This document shows positions 1 through 8,663 of a stretch of 64,000 nucleotides of DNA, in pieces. Source of the stretch: Candidatus Nomurabacteria bacterium (GTDB taxonomy: Bacteria; Patescibacteriota; Minisyncoccia; Phycocordibacterales; UBA918); assembly GCA_020632155.1 (NCBI GenBank), contig JACKGE010000001.1:92011-156010 (forward strand). Reading direction: 5' to 3'. Position 1 is the stretch's first letter. Each line of letters opens with the position of its first letter. Under the pieces are notes generated by a model. The model did no database searches. It was not told the origin of the DNA and was given only the letters and a program-made list of their open reading frames with translations. Made by a program: the position numbers and the translations under genes.

Positions 1-387
1 AAAAACGACTTTAAAGTATTCCGTTCATCTGCCGGCCTTGGACTGCGTACGCTTCGTGACTTCAAAAAAGGTGACGAGGTCATTGAATATATTGGTGAAA
101 AGATAACCAGCGATGAGGCCAATCAACGTGGCGGTAAATATCTTTTTGAACTCAATGACGACTACACCATTGATGGCACTACTCGCAAGAATCTAGCTCG
201 GTACATCAATCACTCCTGTAGGCCTAACTGTGAAGCTGAACTTGATGAAGATGAGCTGCGTGTATTTATAAAAGCTCGCCGCGCCATCAAAGCTGGTGAG
301 GAGCTTACGTATGATTACGGGAAAGAATACGTGAACGATTATATAAAGCCTTACGGGTGTCGCTGCGCTAAATGTACCCCTAAGTAA
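1..387 (+). CDS. SET-domain protein (lysine methyltransferase-like), 5' partial
   Basis: Frame-1 translation ...NLARYINHSCRPNCEAE...GEELTYDYGKEY...CRCAKCTPK* shows SET NHSC and ELxYDY motifs plus a Cys-rich post-SET; stop at 385-387; absent from ORF track because it is 5'-truncated. Confidence 0.6.
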   Translation, partial: KNDFKVFRSSAGLGLRTLRDFKKGDEVIEYIGEKITSDEANQRGGKYLFELNDDYTIDGTTRKNLARYINHSCRPNCEAELDEDELRVFIKARRAIKAGEELTYDYGKEYVNDYIKPYGCRCAKCTPK

Positions 388-414
388 AAGCTGGTCGAAT
401 TGACCAGCTTTTAC
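387..414. terminator. bidirectional hairpin terminator between convergent SET gene and ackA
   Basis: AAAAGCTGGTC-GAAT-TGACCAGCTTTT perfect inverted repeat with A/T runs; overlaps ackA stop. Confidence 0.6.
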
Positions 415-1592
415 TTAAGAAATGATTGTGTCACACGGTCCATCTCTCCCAGCTCATCAGTGGTCATGACGGCCAACTGTACACGACTGTCTGCGTGTTC
501 CAGTCGTCCGTCAGTATTAACCGTTTCTTGGTTACGGTGGCGGTCGACCTCAATACCAAGCGGTTTAAGCGGCTCAAGGAGCGCAAAACGAAGCATCGGA
601 TTACGGACAGCTGCGGTTGCAGTAAGTACCAGTGCATCAAGCCCACCGAGAGCAGCGATAAGTGAACCGATGGTTTTCTTGAATTGATGGGTAAACATAG
701 CAAACGCCAGTTCCCCATCAGCGTCATGGGCAGCTACTTTATCAAGGAGCGAACGCATATCAGATACGCCAGCAACACCGGTAAAGCCACACTGGTGGTT
801 GAGGTAGTCGTGGAGTTCCGCTACTGACAGTTGCTTTGATTCCATCAGGCCAAGCAGTAGCGCCGCATCGAGGTCGCCCCCACGGCCACTCATCATAAGG
901 CCACTAGCGGGAGCAAACCCCATCGTTGTATCGAAACTGCGGCCGTCTCTAAGCGCCGTCATACTAATGCCTCCACCCAAATGACAGACAATCGTGCGAG
1001 CTGGCACCGCACTAAACACCTCTGGCAAGCGCCGCGCGATCGACGCCATGGAGAGGCCATGATAGCCAAACTTATGGAGGTCGTACGTATCAGCATCAGC
1101 CTGCGGTAGGCTATAGCGCCAAACAAATTCCGGCCGCGAAGTATGGAACGCGCTGTCCGACACCGCCACTATACGAGCCTGCGGCAGTGCTTCTGTTACC
1201 TGTGAAATGGCGGTCAGTGTTGGGGGTATATGCAATGGCGCCAGTGATTCACGTGCTGACAAAGCAGCTAGGAAAGCCTCGGTCACCTCTTGGTGTTTAG
1301 TAAACTCCGTACCCGGTGCAACAACTCGCACTCCCACAGCATCAATTGCAGACACGTCAGCAATATCACTGCGAGACTGCAGTGTGGTAAGGGTAAATGC
1401 TAACGCATTATCATACGCATCGAGTGTTATGGGACTACAGACCAGCTCCTCTGTCTCTGTACTTACACACATTTCGTGCCCTGCAGGTGTTACTTCAAGA
1501 CGCACGGACGCCCGCAGAATACCGTCGGCAAACAGCGAGAACTTCTTCGAGGTGCTCCCTGTATTCACTATGAGCGTGGTTGCCATACCCAA
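411..1592 (-). CDS. ackA: acetate kinase
   Basis: 393 aa; VNTGSTSKKFSLF N-terminus, HLGGGIS and other acetate/propionate kinase motifs. Confidence 0.85.
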   Translation of the reverse strand: MGMATTLIVNTGSTSKKFSLFADGILRASVRLEVTPAGHEMCVSTETEELVCSPITLDAYDNALAFTLTTLQSRSDIADVSAIDAVGVRVVAPGTEFTKHQEVTEAFLAALSARESLAPLHIPPTLTAISQVTEALPQARIVAVSDSAFHTSRPEFVWRYSLPQADADTYDLHKFGYHGLSMASIARRLPEVFSAVPARTIVCHLGGGISMTALRDGRSFDTTMGFAPASGLMMSGRGGDLDAALLLGLMESKQLSVAELHDYLNHQCGFTGVAGVSDMRSLLDKVAAHDADGELAFAMFTHQFKKTIGSLIAALGGLDALVLTATAAVRNPMLRFALLEPLKPLGIEVDRHRNQETVNTDGRLEHADSRVQLAVMTTDELGEMDRVTQSFLK

Positions 1593-3964
1593 CTGCTTAT
1601 GTCCTCTGGGTCGTCACCATTATCAATGACGTACGTACGATGCTCGACCAGTTTTTGTTCGTATTTTTTGATGAGTTCGTCTTTCTCTTTAACCTTGATA
1701 ACACCCTGTGTCTCAGCTGCCGCAAACGCTTCCATAGCCAAGTTATACCGGTCAGTCTTGTTGCGTACCATCATGTCAAACGGAGTGGTGGTCGAACCAT
1801 GCTCCTCATAGCCATGCACCTTGATGCGTGATGTATCCTCACCGTAATCAAAGAGTACCTGCTTGATGGTCTGCGGGTAGCCGTGGAAGTTTATAAGAAC
1901 CGGCTTGTCTTTAGTGAAGTAGTAGTCAAAGTCATGACGCAGGACGCGGCAGGTAGTGTGTCCAATGCCGAGTGCAGAAAGAGAGGTGACGTTCACAAAT
2001 CGCAGGCGCATCGCCGGCAGTTCACTATGAACGATGTTGATAGCGGCTAGTGTCTCTTTGGTGAGATAGTCACCTACCGCCGCAAAGACCATGTGTGGGT
2101 CCTCGTCACTAGCGAACTTCCAGATATTCACCCCTTCCGCAAGGTCCTCCTTGGCTTCTTCCAATGTACGCCAGCACGGCAACGGCCGTTTGCCACACAC
2201 CATAACGTTGATCTCTTGCTTAGAGGCAAGCATCTGATCCATGACCACGAGAGCTGTATTGGCATCAGCTGGGAAGTACACATTGGTGAAGCAGCCTTGT
2301 CGCTGCAGAACGCCGTCGATAAAGCCGGGGTTCTGGTGGGAAAAGCCGTTATGTTCCTGACGCCAACCAGAAGAAGTAAGGATGTAGTTGAGCGAAGCAA
2401 TATCGCCGCGCCACGGCACATCACGCGCAATGGCTAAGAACTTAGCGTACTGGTCAGCCATACTGGCAACGATTTGCACAAACGCTTCGTACGACGGGAA
2501 GATAGCGTGGCGGCCAGTGAGGACATACCCCTGCATAAGCCCCTGCAAACTATGCTCGGAGAGCATCTCTAGCACCCGACCGTCATGTGAGAGGTCTTTA
2601 TCCCACTCCTTATGTGGCCACATGAACGTGCGAGTCGTGGCCTCAAAGACCGCACCAAGTTTATTGGAGTAGGTTTCATCCGGTGACATGATTCGGAAGT
2701 TACGCTGCCGTTCATTAGCAACAATGACATCACGCAAAAATGTACCGATTTTTTCCATACTACTGACTTCCCCACAGTGCGGATCAGAAAGGTCACACAC
2801 TGACGGTTCTCCGTACGATTCGAGCTTCGGTAGGGTAAGCGGTTTGTACACCTTCTCCCCACCCATGGTATGTGGGTTGTCTCCCATGCGTCGTTCCGGC
2901 TTTGGTATCAGTGATTCAATCTCAAGATCAAAAAGCTCACCGTTCCATAACGCGGTAAAGTCATACGACCGTAACCACTCTTCAAGGAGACGGAGTTCCT
3001 CCTCATCGTGCGCAGCACCATCAGCAATTACTTGGTGTGAGTAGTGATTGTCTTCAATGCGCTTGCCTTTAATTTCCTTGATTGAATGCCAGCCTTTGGG
3101 TGTACGAAGAATAATCATTGGCCAGCAGGGACGTTCTACGGTCTTACCAGAACGAGCAGCCTGCTGAGTAAAGCGAATAGACTCAATGGCAGCGTCAAGC
3201 GTGTCAATCATTTGTTGATGTACGTCATCAGCCACGTACGCGTCAACAATGTGCGGTTCGTAACCGTACCCCTTAAAGAGATGGGTTAGTTCTTCGTCAC
3301 TCATACGACCAAAGAAAGTCGGGCCGGATATCTTGTAGCCGTTGAGGTGAAGAATTGGGAGCACTGCCCCGTTGTGCTCCGGATCAAGCAGCTTATTAAG
3401 ATGCCACGCCGTTGCAGTCGGACCGGTCTCTGCCTCACCGTCTCCTACTAAACAAGCCGCGATGAGGTCAGGATTATCGAGGACCGCTCCATAGGCAGTC
3501 GAGAGTGAGTACCCGAGCTCGCCGCCTTCGAGGATAACCCCCGGAGCTTCAGGGTTGGAGTGGCTCGGAAAGCCGTAGGGCCAGCTGAACTCTTTGGTCA
3601 TGGTCTCCAAGCCCGCGGTGCTTCGCGGTATTTCTTCGTAATATTTAGAAAGTGTACCCTCAATAAACAAGTTTGCTTGTACTGCCGGAAAACCGTGCCC
3701 GGGGCCAAGCAGAAACATCATATTGAGGTCGTGCTCAATGATGGCGCGATTTAAGTGTGCGTAGGTGAAATTGATACCCGGACAGGTTCCCCAGTGACCA
3801 AGTAGACGGCTTTTGATATCTGCTGGCTTTAAATCCTTCTCCAATAGATAGTTGCCTCGTAAATAAATTTGAATGGCAGCGATGTAATCCGCGGCACGAA
3901 TGTACTTAGAAAGTGCTTGTTTCATAGGAGTATTGTAACGCACTGTATCAGCGCATGTGCTCAC
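1568..3964 (-). CDS. xfp: xylulose-5-phosphate/fructose-6-phosphate phosphoketolase
   Basis: 798-aa ORF with GHWGTCPG hallmark and TPP-binding GDGE motif; alternative start at MKQALSKY (3925); forms operon with ackA. Confidence 0.9.
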   Translation of the reverse strand: MSTCADTVRYNTPMKQALSKYIRAADYIAAIQIYLRGNYLLEKDLKPADIKSRLLGHWGTCPGINFTYAHLNRAIIEHDLNMMFLLGPGHGFPAVQANLFIEGTLSKYYEEIPRSTAGLETMTKEFSWPYGFPSHSNPEAPGVILEGGELGYSLSTAYGAVLDNPDLIAACLVGDGEAETGPTATAWHLNKLLDPEHNGAVLPILHLNGYKISGPTFFGRMSDEELTHLFKGYGYEPHIVDAYVADDVHQQMIDTLDAAIESIRFTQQAARSGKTVERPCWPMIILRTPKGWHSIKEIKGKRIEDNHYSHQVIADGAAHDEEELRLLEEWLRSYDFTALWNGELFDLEIESLIPKPERRMGDNPHTMGGEKVYKPLTLPKLESYGEPSVCDLSDPHCGEVSSMEKIGTFLRDVIVANERQRNFRIMSPDETYSNKLGAVFEATTRTFMWPHKEWDKDLSHDGRVLEMLSEHSLQGLMQGYVLTGRHAIFPSYEAFVQIVASMADQYAKFLAIARDVPWRGDIASLNYILTSSGWRQEHNGFSHQNPGFIDGVLQRQGCFTNVYFPADANTALVVMDQMLASKQEINVMVCGKRPLPCWRTLEEAKEDLAEGVNIWKFASDEDPHMVFAAVGDYLTKETLAAINIVHSELPAMRLRFVNVTSLSALGIGHTTCRVLRHDFDYYFTKDKPVLINFHGYPQTIKQVLFDYGEDTSRIKVHGYEEHGSTTTPFDMMVRNKTDRYNLAMEAFAAAETQGVIKVKEKDELIKKYEQKLVEHRTYVIDNGDDPEDISSWVWQPRS

Positions 3965-3998
3965 ATGCGTGTACAGACGTGCGTGACCTTGCGTCTAG

Positions 3999-4628
3999 TT
4001 AGATTTCAGTAGCGGAATCAGTGTCAGGTGATGACTCGGTGTTCGCTGTGTCGTTAGCAGCCGTGTCAGTGTCATTGGTATTAGTATTTTCGTCAGCAAC
4101 CTCTCCTTCCGTAGCAACCTCTTCATTATTGTTAGTGTCATCCTCTTCTGAGATTGCGTCATCACTACTAGTAGCAGTTATGGTGGCTTCTTCTGGTTGC
4201 GGCGCTGGCGACGGAGTGGTTCCTTTACCTTTGCCACGGAGTCCACCATTTACTGGCGCAGCATCGTTGCCGGCAGGAACTGAGACTGTCTGCACATTTA
4301 CTGGCTCCTCACCTTGCGCTGCGGCTTTAGTATTTCGTTCTTCTACAACCGTAGCCACATTTATCTCTCCTTTATCTGTTACACCAAGTACCACACCCGT
4401 ACCGGCGATTAACAACACGATAATAAATACCGCTACCAATAACCGAGGAAACGGTCGTTTTGTGGTTGCGGTTGATGCGGCAGCCGTAGTTGGGGCTTTA
4501 CGCCGCGCCGTTGTCTTAGCGACGGCGGCTCGCTTAGTGGTACTAGAAGTTCGCGTGCGGGTGACACGTTTACGTGGAGTTTTTTTTGCAACCGGTGCAG
4601 TCTCACTCGTTTTGGAAGTACGAGGCAT
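3999..4628 (-). CDS. hypothetical membrane-anchored low-complexity protein (K/R-rich N-term, one TM, acidic Thr/Asp/Asn-rich C-term)
   Basis: ORF 3999..4769 begins with GTG; first ATG gives MPRTSKTSE...; fully overlapped by a plus-strand low-complexity ORF so strand assignment is uncertain. Confidence 0.4.
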   Translation of the reverse strand: MPRTSKTSETAPVAKKTPRKRVTRTRTSSTTKRAAVAKTTARRKAPTTAAASTATTKRPFPRLLVAVFIIVLLIAGTGVVLGVTDKGEINVATVVEERNTKAAAQGEEPVNVQTVSVPAGNDAAPVNGGLRGKGKGTTPSPAPQPEEATITATSSDDAISEEDDTNNNEEVATEGEVADENTNTNDTDTAANDTANTESSPDTDSATEI

Positions 4629-4798
4629 GATGAGTTTCAGTATACCATTTTCGTTTCGAGCCAAAATAGACAAGCTGTGTACCACGCGAATATCAGAACT
4701 GACTTCACTTTTATGGTACCTGTGGTATATTCTACCGAACCAGTACAACTGCGTATGAAATGTACACACAACACATCTTAATCAACTAAGCCCATCCT

Positions 4799-5473
4799 AT
4801 TCTGAGAAAACCAAACTTCAAGTTAAGCAAAGACCACATCCGTATTAACAGCGCTATTAGAGCGAAGGAACTGCGTGTGATTGGTGCCAAAGGTGAAAAC
4901 CTTGGTGTCATCACTGTAGACGAAGCGCTTAAAGCAGCTGATAAAGCAAACTTGGACCTAATTGAGATATCACCAAAAGCAAAACCGCCAGTGGCCAAGA
5001 TCATGGACTTCGGTCAGTTTCAATATGAAAAGAAACGTAAAGCCAGCGCAGTTAAAGCCAAGTCACATGTCACCGAGACTAAGAGTGTGCAGGTAAAGAT
5101 CGGTACCGGTGAACACGACCAGCAGCTTAAAGCGAAGCGTATCGCAGAATGGCTGTCGGAGGGTCATCGCGTCAAAGTCGACCTCTTTCTCTGGGGCCGT
5201 TATAAATACATGGAGCCTGAGTTTCTCAAAGAACGACTGGAGCGGTTCCTTAAAATTGTCCCTGTCGAGTACAAAGTAGCTGATGAGATAAAGAAAAGTC
5301 CCAAAGGTTTTACCACCACTCTCGAGCGCGCCGGCAAAGCTAAATACGAACAAGGCAAAGTTATTGAAGAGACCAAGACACCAAAACCAGCCAAAGCGGA
5401 AAAGGCTACTGAGAATGAGGCCAAATCAAAAAAGAAGTCTCTCGACGAACTCCTTGAAGGCGGGATGATATAG
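4799..5473 (+). CDS. infC: translation initiation factor IF-3, probable non-AUG (AUU) start
   Basis: ORF track starts at GTG 4877 (MIGAKGENLGV...), but in-frame upstream sequence ILEKPNFKLSKDHIRINSAIRAKELRVIGAKGENLG matches the IF-3 N-domain; first in-frame codon after stop 4787-4789 that can initiate is ATT 4799 (also ATC 4838, ATT 4844). Confidence 0.8.
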   Translation: MLRKPNFKLSKDHIRINSAIRAKELRVIGAKGENLGVITVDEALKAADKANLDLIEISPKAKPPVAKIMDFGQFQYEKKRKASAVKAKSHVTETKSVQVKIGTGEHDQQLKAKRIAEWLSEGHRVKVDLFLWGRYKYMEPEFLKERLERFLKIVPVEYKVADEIKKSPKGFTTTLERAGKAKYEQGKVIEETKTPKPAKAEKATENEAKSKKKSLDELLEGGMI

Positions 5474-5566
5474 CTACGTACGGACTGGACTTTGCCAGCG
5501 AAATACGGTATATTTTGCCCACTTTGCCTCTTCTCAGGCAGATACCCCGAAGCAATATTTCAGAGT

Positions 5567-5758
5567 ATGAAGACAAATAAAAGTTACACCAAAAGAATAA
5601 AAGTGACCAAAAATGGCAAGCTGATAGCCCGCAAACCGGGGCAGAACCACTTTAACGCCCGCCAGACCGGTCAGCAACGCCTACGTCGCAAGCGAACACA
5701 GGGCCTCACCCTTAGCAAGCGCGTTACCCGTCGCTTTCTCCCTAAATCAGGTGCTTAA
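5567..5758 (+). CDS. rpmI: 50S ribosomal protein L35
   Basis: MKTNKSYTKRIKVTKNGKLIARKPGQNHFNARQTGQQRLRRKR...; internal Met of ORF 5492..5758. Confidence 0.85.
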   Translation: MKTNKSYTKRIKVTKNGKLIARKPGQNHFNARQTGQQRLRRKRTQGLTLSKRVTRRFLPKSGA

Positions 5759-5783
5759 TTATCAAACCACTAACTAACGAACT

Positions 5784-6128
5784 ATGGCCCGAGTAAAAGG
5801 AGGTTTGATGGCCCAGAAGCGCCGCCGCAATATTCTTGAGCAGGTAAAGGGATACCGCTTTGACCGCTCAAAGAAGAAGCGTGCCGCTCGTGAAGCTATC
5901 AACCACGCAGGAACCTACGCCTTTGCCCACCGCAAAGACAAGAAAAATGATTTCCGTCGTCTATGGATTGCTCGTATCAACGCTGCCCTGCAGCCACTTG
6001 AGATGAAGTACAGCCGCTTTATCAAGCAGCTCAAAGACAAAGAGATTATCATTGACCGCAAGATCCTCGCCACTATCGCTAAGGATCGACCCGACGCATT
6101 TCAAAGAATCGTTGAGAAGGTAAAATAG
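5784..6128 (+). CDS. rplT: 50S ribosomal protein L20
   Basis: MARVKGG...FRRLWIARINAA...IDRKILA; canonical infC-rpmI-rplT order. Confidence 0.92.
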   Translation: MARVKGGLMAQKRRRNILEQVKGYRFDRSKKKRAAREAINHAGTYAFAHRKDKKNDFRRLWIARINAALQPLEMKYSRFIKQLKDKEIIIDRKILATIAKDRPDAFQRIVEKVK

Positions 6129-6137
6129 GTGATAAAT

Positions 6138-6177
6138 GACAAAAAGCTCGAAGTAGATTTACTTCGAGCTTTTTGCT
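6138..6177. terminator. hairpin terminator after rplT (bidirectional-looking)
   Basis: AAAAAGCTCGAAGTA-GATT-TACTTCGAGCTTTTTGCTTTC. Confidence 0.7.
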
Positions 6178-6200
6178 TTCATGCAACATGCACAAGACTA

Positions 6201-6473
6201 CTAACCAGAAACTAGACCAGCTTCATTCAAGGCACGAATGATATATACCGGTACTTCATCAGCCATGGCAGAGCCGCTACCTGAACTAATAGCGGTAGCG
6301 ACACGTTCAAGAGGAAGATCATTTCCTGTTTCAGGGTCGTGTATTGTTTCCTCACCTGTGATAGCTCTGTATCCCTTGAACATTGCAGCCACTTCCTCTA
6401 ATGTTTTTGCATGTTTTATAACTTCAACAAGTCTACTTTGTGGAGTAGGGATACTTTCTGGTGCTCCTTCCAT
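6201..6473 (-). CDS. hypothetical small protein (90 aa), AT-rich codon usage, possibly leaderless
   Basis: Complete ORF; TATAAA 6 nt upstream of ATG and no SD; composition differs from neighbours. Confidence 0.4.
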   Translation of the reverse strand: MEGAPESIPTPQSRLVEVIKHAKTLEEVAAMFKGYRAITGEETIHDPETGNDLPLERVATAISSGSGSAMADEVPVYIIRALNEAGLVSG

Positions 6474-6527
6474 ATAAATTTATACTATTACTTCCAATAT
6501 GTGCATTCTACATTACCTTTTCTATAA

Positions 6528-7886
6528 TTAAAATTCTATCTCTACCTCCTCATTAAGTGAGGGTGCCACCGCATTCACTCCCAAGTAATCACGCAGGCGT
6601 TGCACCAAAAAGAGTGACGAGTGCTCCTCTCCCATGGTGACAAATATTTGTTTGGCCCTATCGCCACCTTTAGCAACAAAGTCCGTCAGCTGCTCTCGGT
6701 CTGCATGTCCAGAGTAGCCACGAATACGGGCAATTTCAGCGCGAACGCGTACGTCAGCATTATCAATGCGCACCTTCTTAGCACCGTCTTGGAGGAGTCG
6801 TCCAAGACTTCCAACTGACTGATATCCGACCAAGAGCAAAGTTGTGTTCTTATCCTCAAGATACCGTTTCTCGTGCATTAAGATACGACCGCCATGGCTC
6901 ATGCCGCTACCGGCAATAATAATTTTGGCGCCTTTCACTTTGGCAATGTCCTGTGAGTCTTTGACTGTGCGGGTGAACTCGAGCTTTGGAAACTCAAAAA
7001 TATCATCGCCAGCTTTAATTTGCTCCTGTATGTGTGTACTCAGATACTCCGAGTAGGTACGATAGAGCTCTGTGACGGCAATGGCCAACGGTGAATCAAG
7101 GAAGGTTGGAATTGGTGCAATAGCACCAGACTCAACGAGGTCATTGATCTCAAGGAGCATGCCCTGAGTACGCTCAAGTGAAAAAGCCGGAATAATGAGC
7201 GTGCCACCGCGACGTTGCGCCGCTTCAATATGATGCTTCAGGAGCATAGTGCGTTCCTTCACCTCTTCGTGCGAGCGATCGCCGTAGACGCTTTCCATCA
7301 CCATGTAGTCATAGCCCTGCGGCACATCAGGTGCGTCCAAGAGCGGTTGCGGCACATTACCAATGTCACCGGTAAAGACGAGCTGTTTGCCACCGCGGCT
7401 AAGGGTAATAGAGGCGGAGCCAAGAATATGGCCGACATTTTTGAACACAGCGGTAACACCGTCAGGTAGTTCCAGATTCTGGTGATAGGACACAGTCTTC
7501 CAGAGTGCTAACGCGGCGTCGATATCCCCTTCTTCGTATAAGCGGTCGATGCCAAAGCGCTCCTCCTCGTAGAGCATGACCTTATATGCGTCTTTTAGCA
7601 TCACGGCAGCGAGCGCCTTGGTTGGTTCGGTTGAGTAGATAGCACCGCGAAAGCCATCGCGTACTAGCTTGGGAATTCTCCCAATATGATCTGCGTGAGC
7701 ATGAGTCACAAGAAGAATATCTGCGTCAGCTGGATTGTACGGGAACGGATCAGCATTTGCAGCCATGGCAAATCGATCCCCCTGAATAAGACCGCAGTCT
7801 ACTAAGATAGCGGTCTCTCCAGTATCAAGCATGAAGTTCGCTCCCGTCACACTGCCAACACCGCCGTAGAATCCAAGAGTACTCAT
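6528..7886 (-). CDS. beta-CASP family MBL-fold ribonuclease (RNase J/CPSF-like)
   Basis: 452 aa; HAHADH metallo-beta-lactamase motif and beta-CASP region. Confidence 0.75.
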   Translation of the reverse strand: MSTLGFYGGVGSVTGANFMLDTGETAILVDCGLIQGDRFAMAANADPFPYNPADADILLVTHAHADHIGRIPKLVRDGFRGAIYSTEPTKALAAVMLKDAYKVMLYEEERFGIDRLYEEGDIDAALALWKTVSYHQNLELPDGVTAVFKNVGHILGSASITLSRGGKQLVFTGDIGNVPQPLLDAPDVPQGYDYMVMESVYGDRSHEEVKERTMLLKHHIEAAQRRGGTLIIPAFSLERTQGMLLEINDLVESGAIAPIPTFLDSPLAIAVTELYRTYSEYLSTHIQEQIKAGDDIFEFPKLEFTRTVKDSQDIAKVKGAKIIIAGSGMSHGGRILMHEKRYLEDKNTTLLLVGYQSVGSLGRLLQDGAKKVRIDNADVRVRAEIARIRGYSGHADREQLTDFVAKGGDRAKQIFVTMGEEHSSLFLVQRLRDYLGVNAVAPSLNEEVEIEF

Positions 7887-8299
7887 AGAGAAAATGTATT
7901 AATGCGCGTAGCAACCGCGTGACCGACAAAGCCGCCGAGTAAACCGACCGTCAGATCTCCAAGCGTATCAAACAGGTAGTTGTTAGCAAATGCGATGGCG
8001 AGTGAAAATTCAAACACCTCCCACAAAAGCGCGACTATAAAAACAAAGATGATGGCGGCTTTCAGTGACAACAACACACGTGGCACCGGCAACCGTAGTT
8101 CGCGCAGGGCAAAGGGAGACAGCGCTACCACAGCGCCGCCAATAAAGTGCATTGGGATATCAAGCCACGGGAATCGCCAATACAAGTAGAGTTCCAAAGA
8201 CACGTAATGTAGCGCCGCAAATACGGATATGGTGATGAGAAAAATGGTCAAATTCAGCCTCGACATGAACCCCATAAGTGTATCATAGGCACCTATCAA
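7883..8299 (-). CDS. hypothetical integral membrane protein
   Basis: 138 aa, about 4 TM segments; 4-nt overlap (ATGA) with downstream MBL gene. Confidence 0.5.
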   Translation of the reverse strand: MIGAYDTLMGFMSRLNLTIFLITISVFAALHYVSLELYLYWRFPWLDIPMHFIGGAVVALSPFALRELRLPVPRVLLSLKAAIIFVFIVALLWEVFEFSLAIAFANNYLFDTLGDLTVGLLGGFVGHAVATRINTFSL

Positions 8300-8315
8300 G
8301 AGCGGCAGGTATGAA

Positions 8316-8340
8316 AAAACCGCTTTCTAAAGCGGGTCTT
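8316..8340 (-). terminator. minus-strand hairpin+T-run (AAGACCCGCTTT-AG-AAAGCGGTTTTTTCAT) 15 nt upstream of membrane-protein gene; attenuator or sRNA terminator
   Basis: stem CCGCTTT/AAAGCGG followed by U6 on minus strand. Confidence 0.5.
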
Positions 8341-8581
8341 TCATGGGAACCACAGACGCATGCTCCTGCCTTAAACAGGTGGGCACCCTTTCCGATTCGT
8401 ATCTGAAATCTTAGCAAGCCAAGTTCTCATCACTCCTCGCGATTGCAGGCAGCCCTGAGCAAAAAATTAACCGGAACATACGTGATGTGGTTCCTTGAGT
8501 ATTATAGCAAACAGTATAGTGAGGAACACAAAATCACCTGTATGACTAAATGAAGGAGTGGGCCAAATGCGCGGCGGACAA

Positions 8582-8629
8582 GAGAAAAGCCGCGAGTCGT
8601 ACCTAGATGTACGGTGAGCGGCTTTTCTC
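8582..8629. terminator. 12-bp stem hairpin downstream of ndk (GAGAAAAGCCGC...GCGGCTTTTCTC) carrying GAGTCGTA-N-TACGGTGAG motif in its loop
   Basis: perfect 12-bp inverted repeat; part of repeated motif family. Confidence 0.55.
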
Positions 8630-8663
8630 GTAGTCCAACAAAGCAGTTGGTGTGCTATTTCAT

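Noticed and set aside
4021-4758. 245-aa plus-strand low-complexity ORF fully overlapping the minus-strand 3999..4769 ORF
   Set aside because: Both strands give low-complexity products; the minus-strand product has a plausible architecture (basic N-terminus, TM helix, acidic tail). Only one can be real; the plus-strand one is treated as a shadow ORF, but this is uncertain.
8300-8663. RNase P RNA, tmRNA, SRP RNA or TPP riboswitch in the ndk-downstream spacer
   Set aside because: Looked for the conserved P4 (AGGAAAGUCCGGGCUCC), tmRNA tRNA-like ends, SRP GGAA-loop domain IV and the thi-box CUGAGA. Only a GGGUGCCC fragment was present, insufficient for any call.
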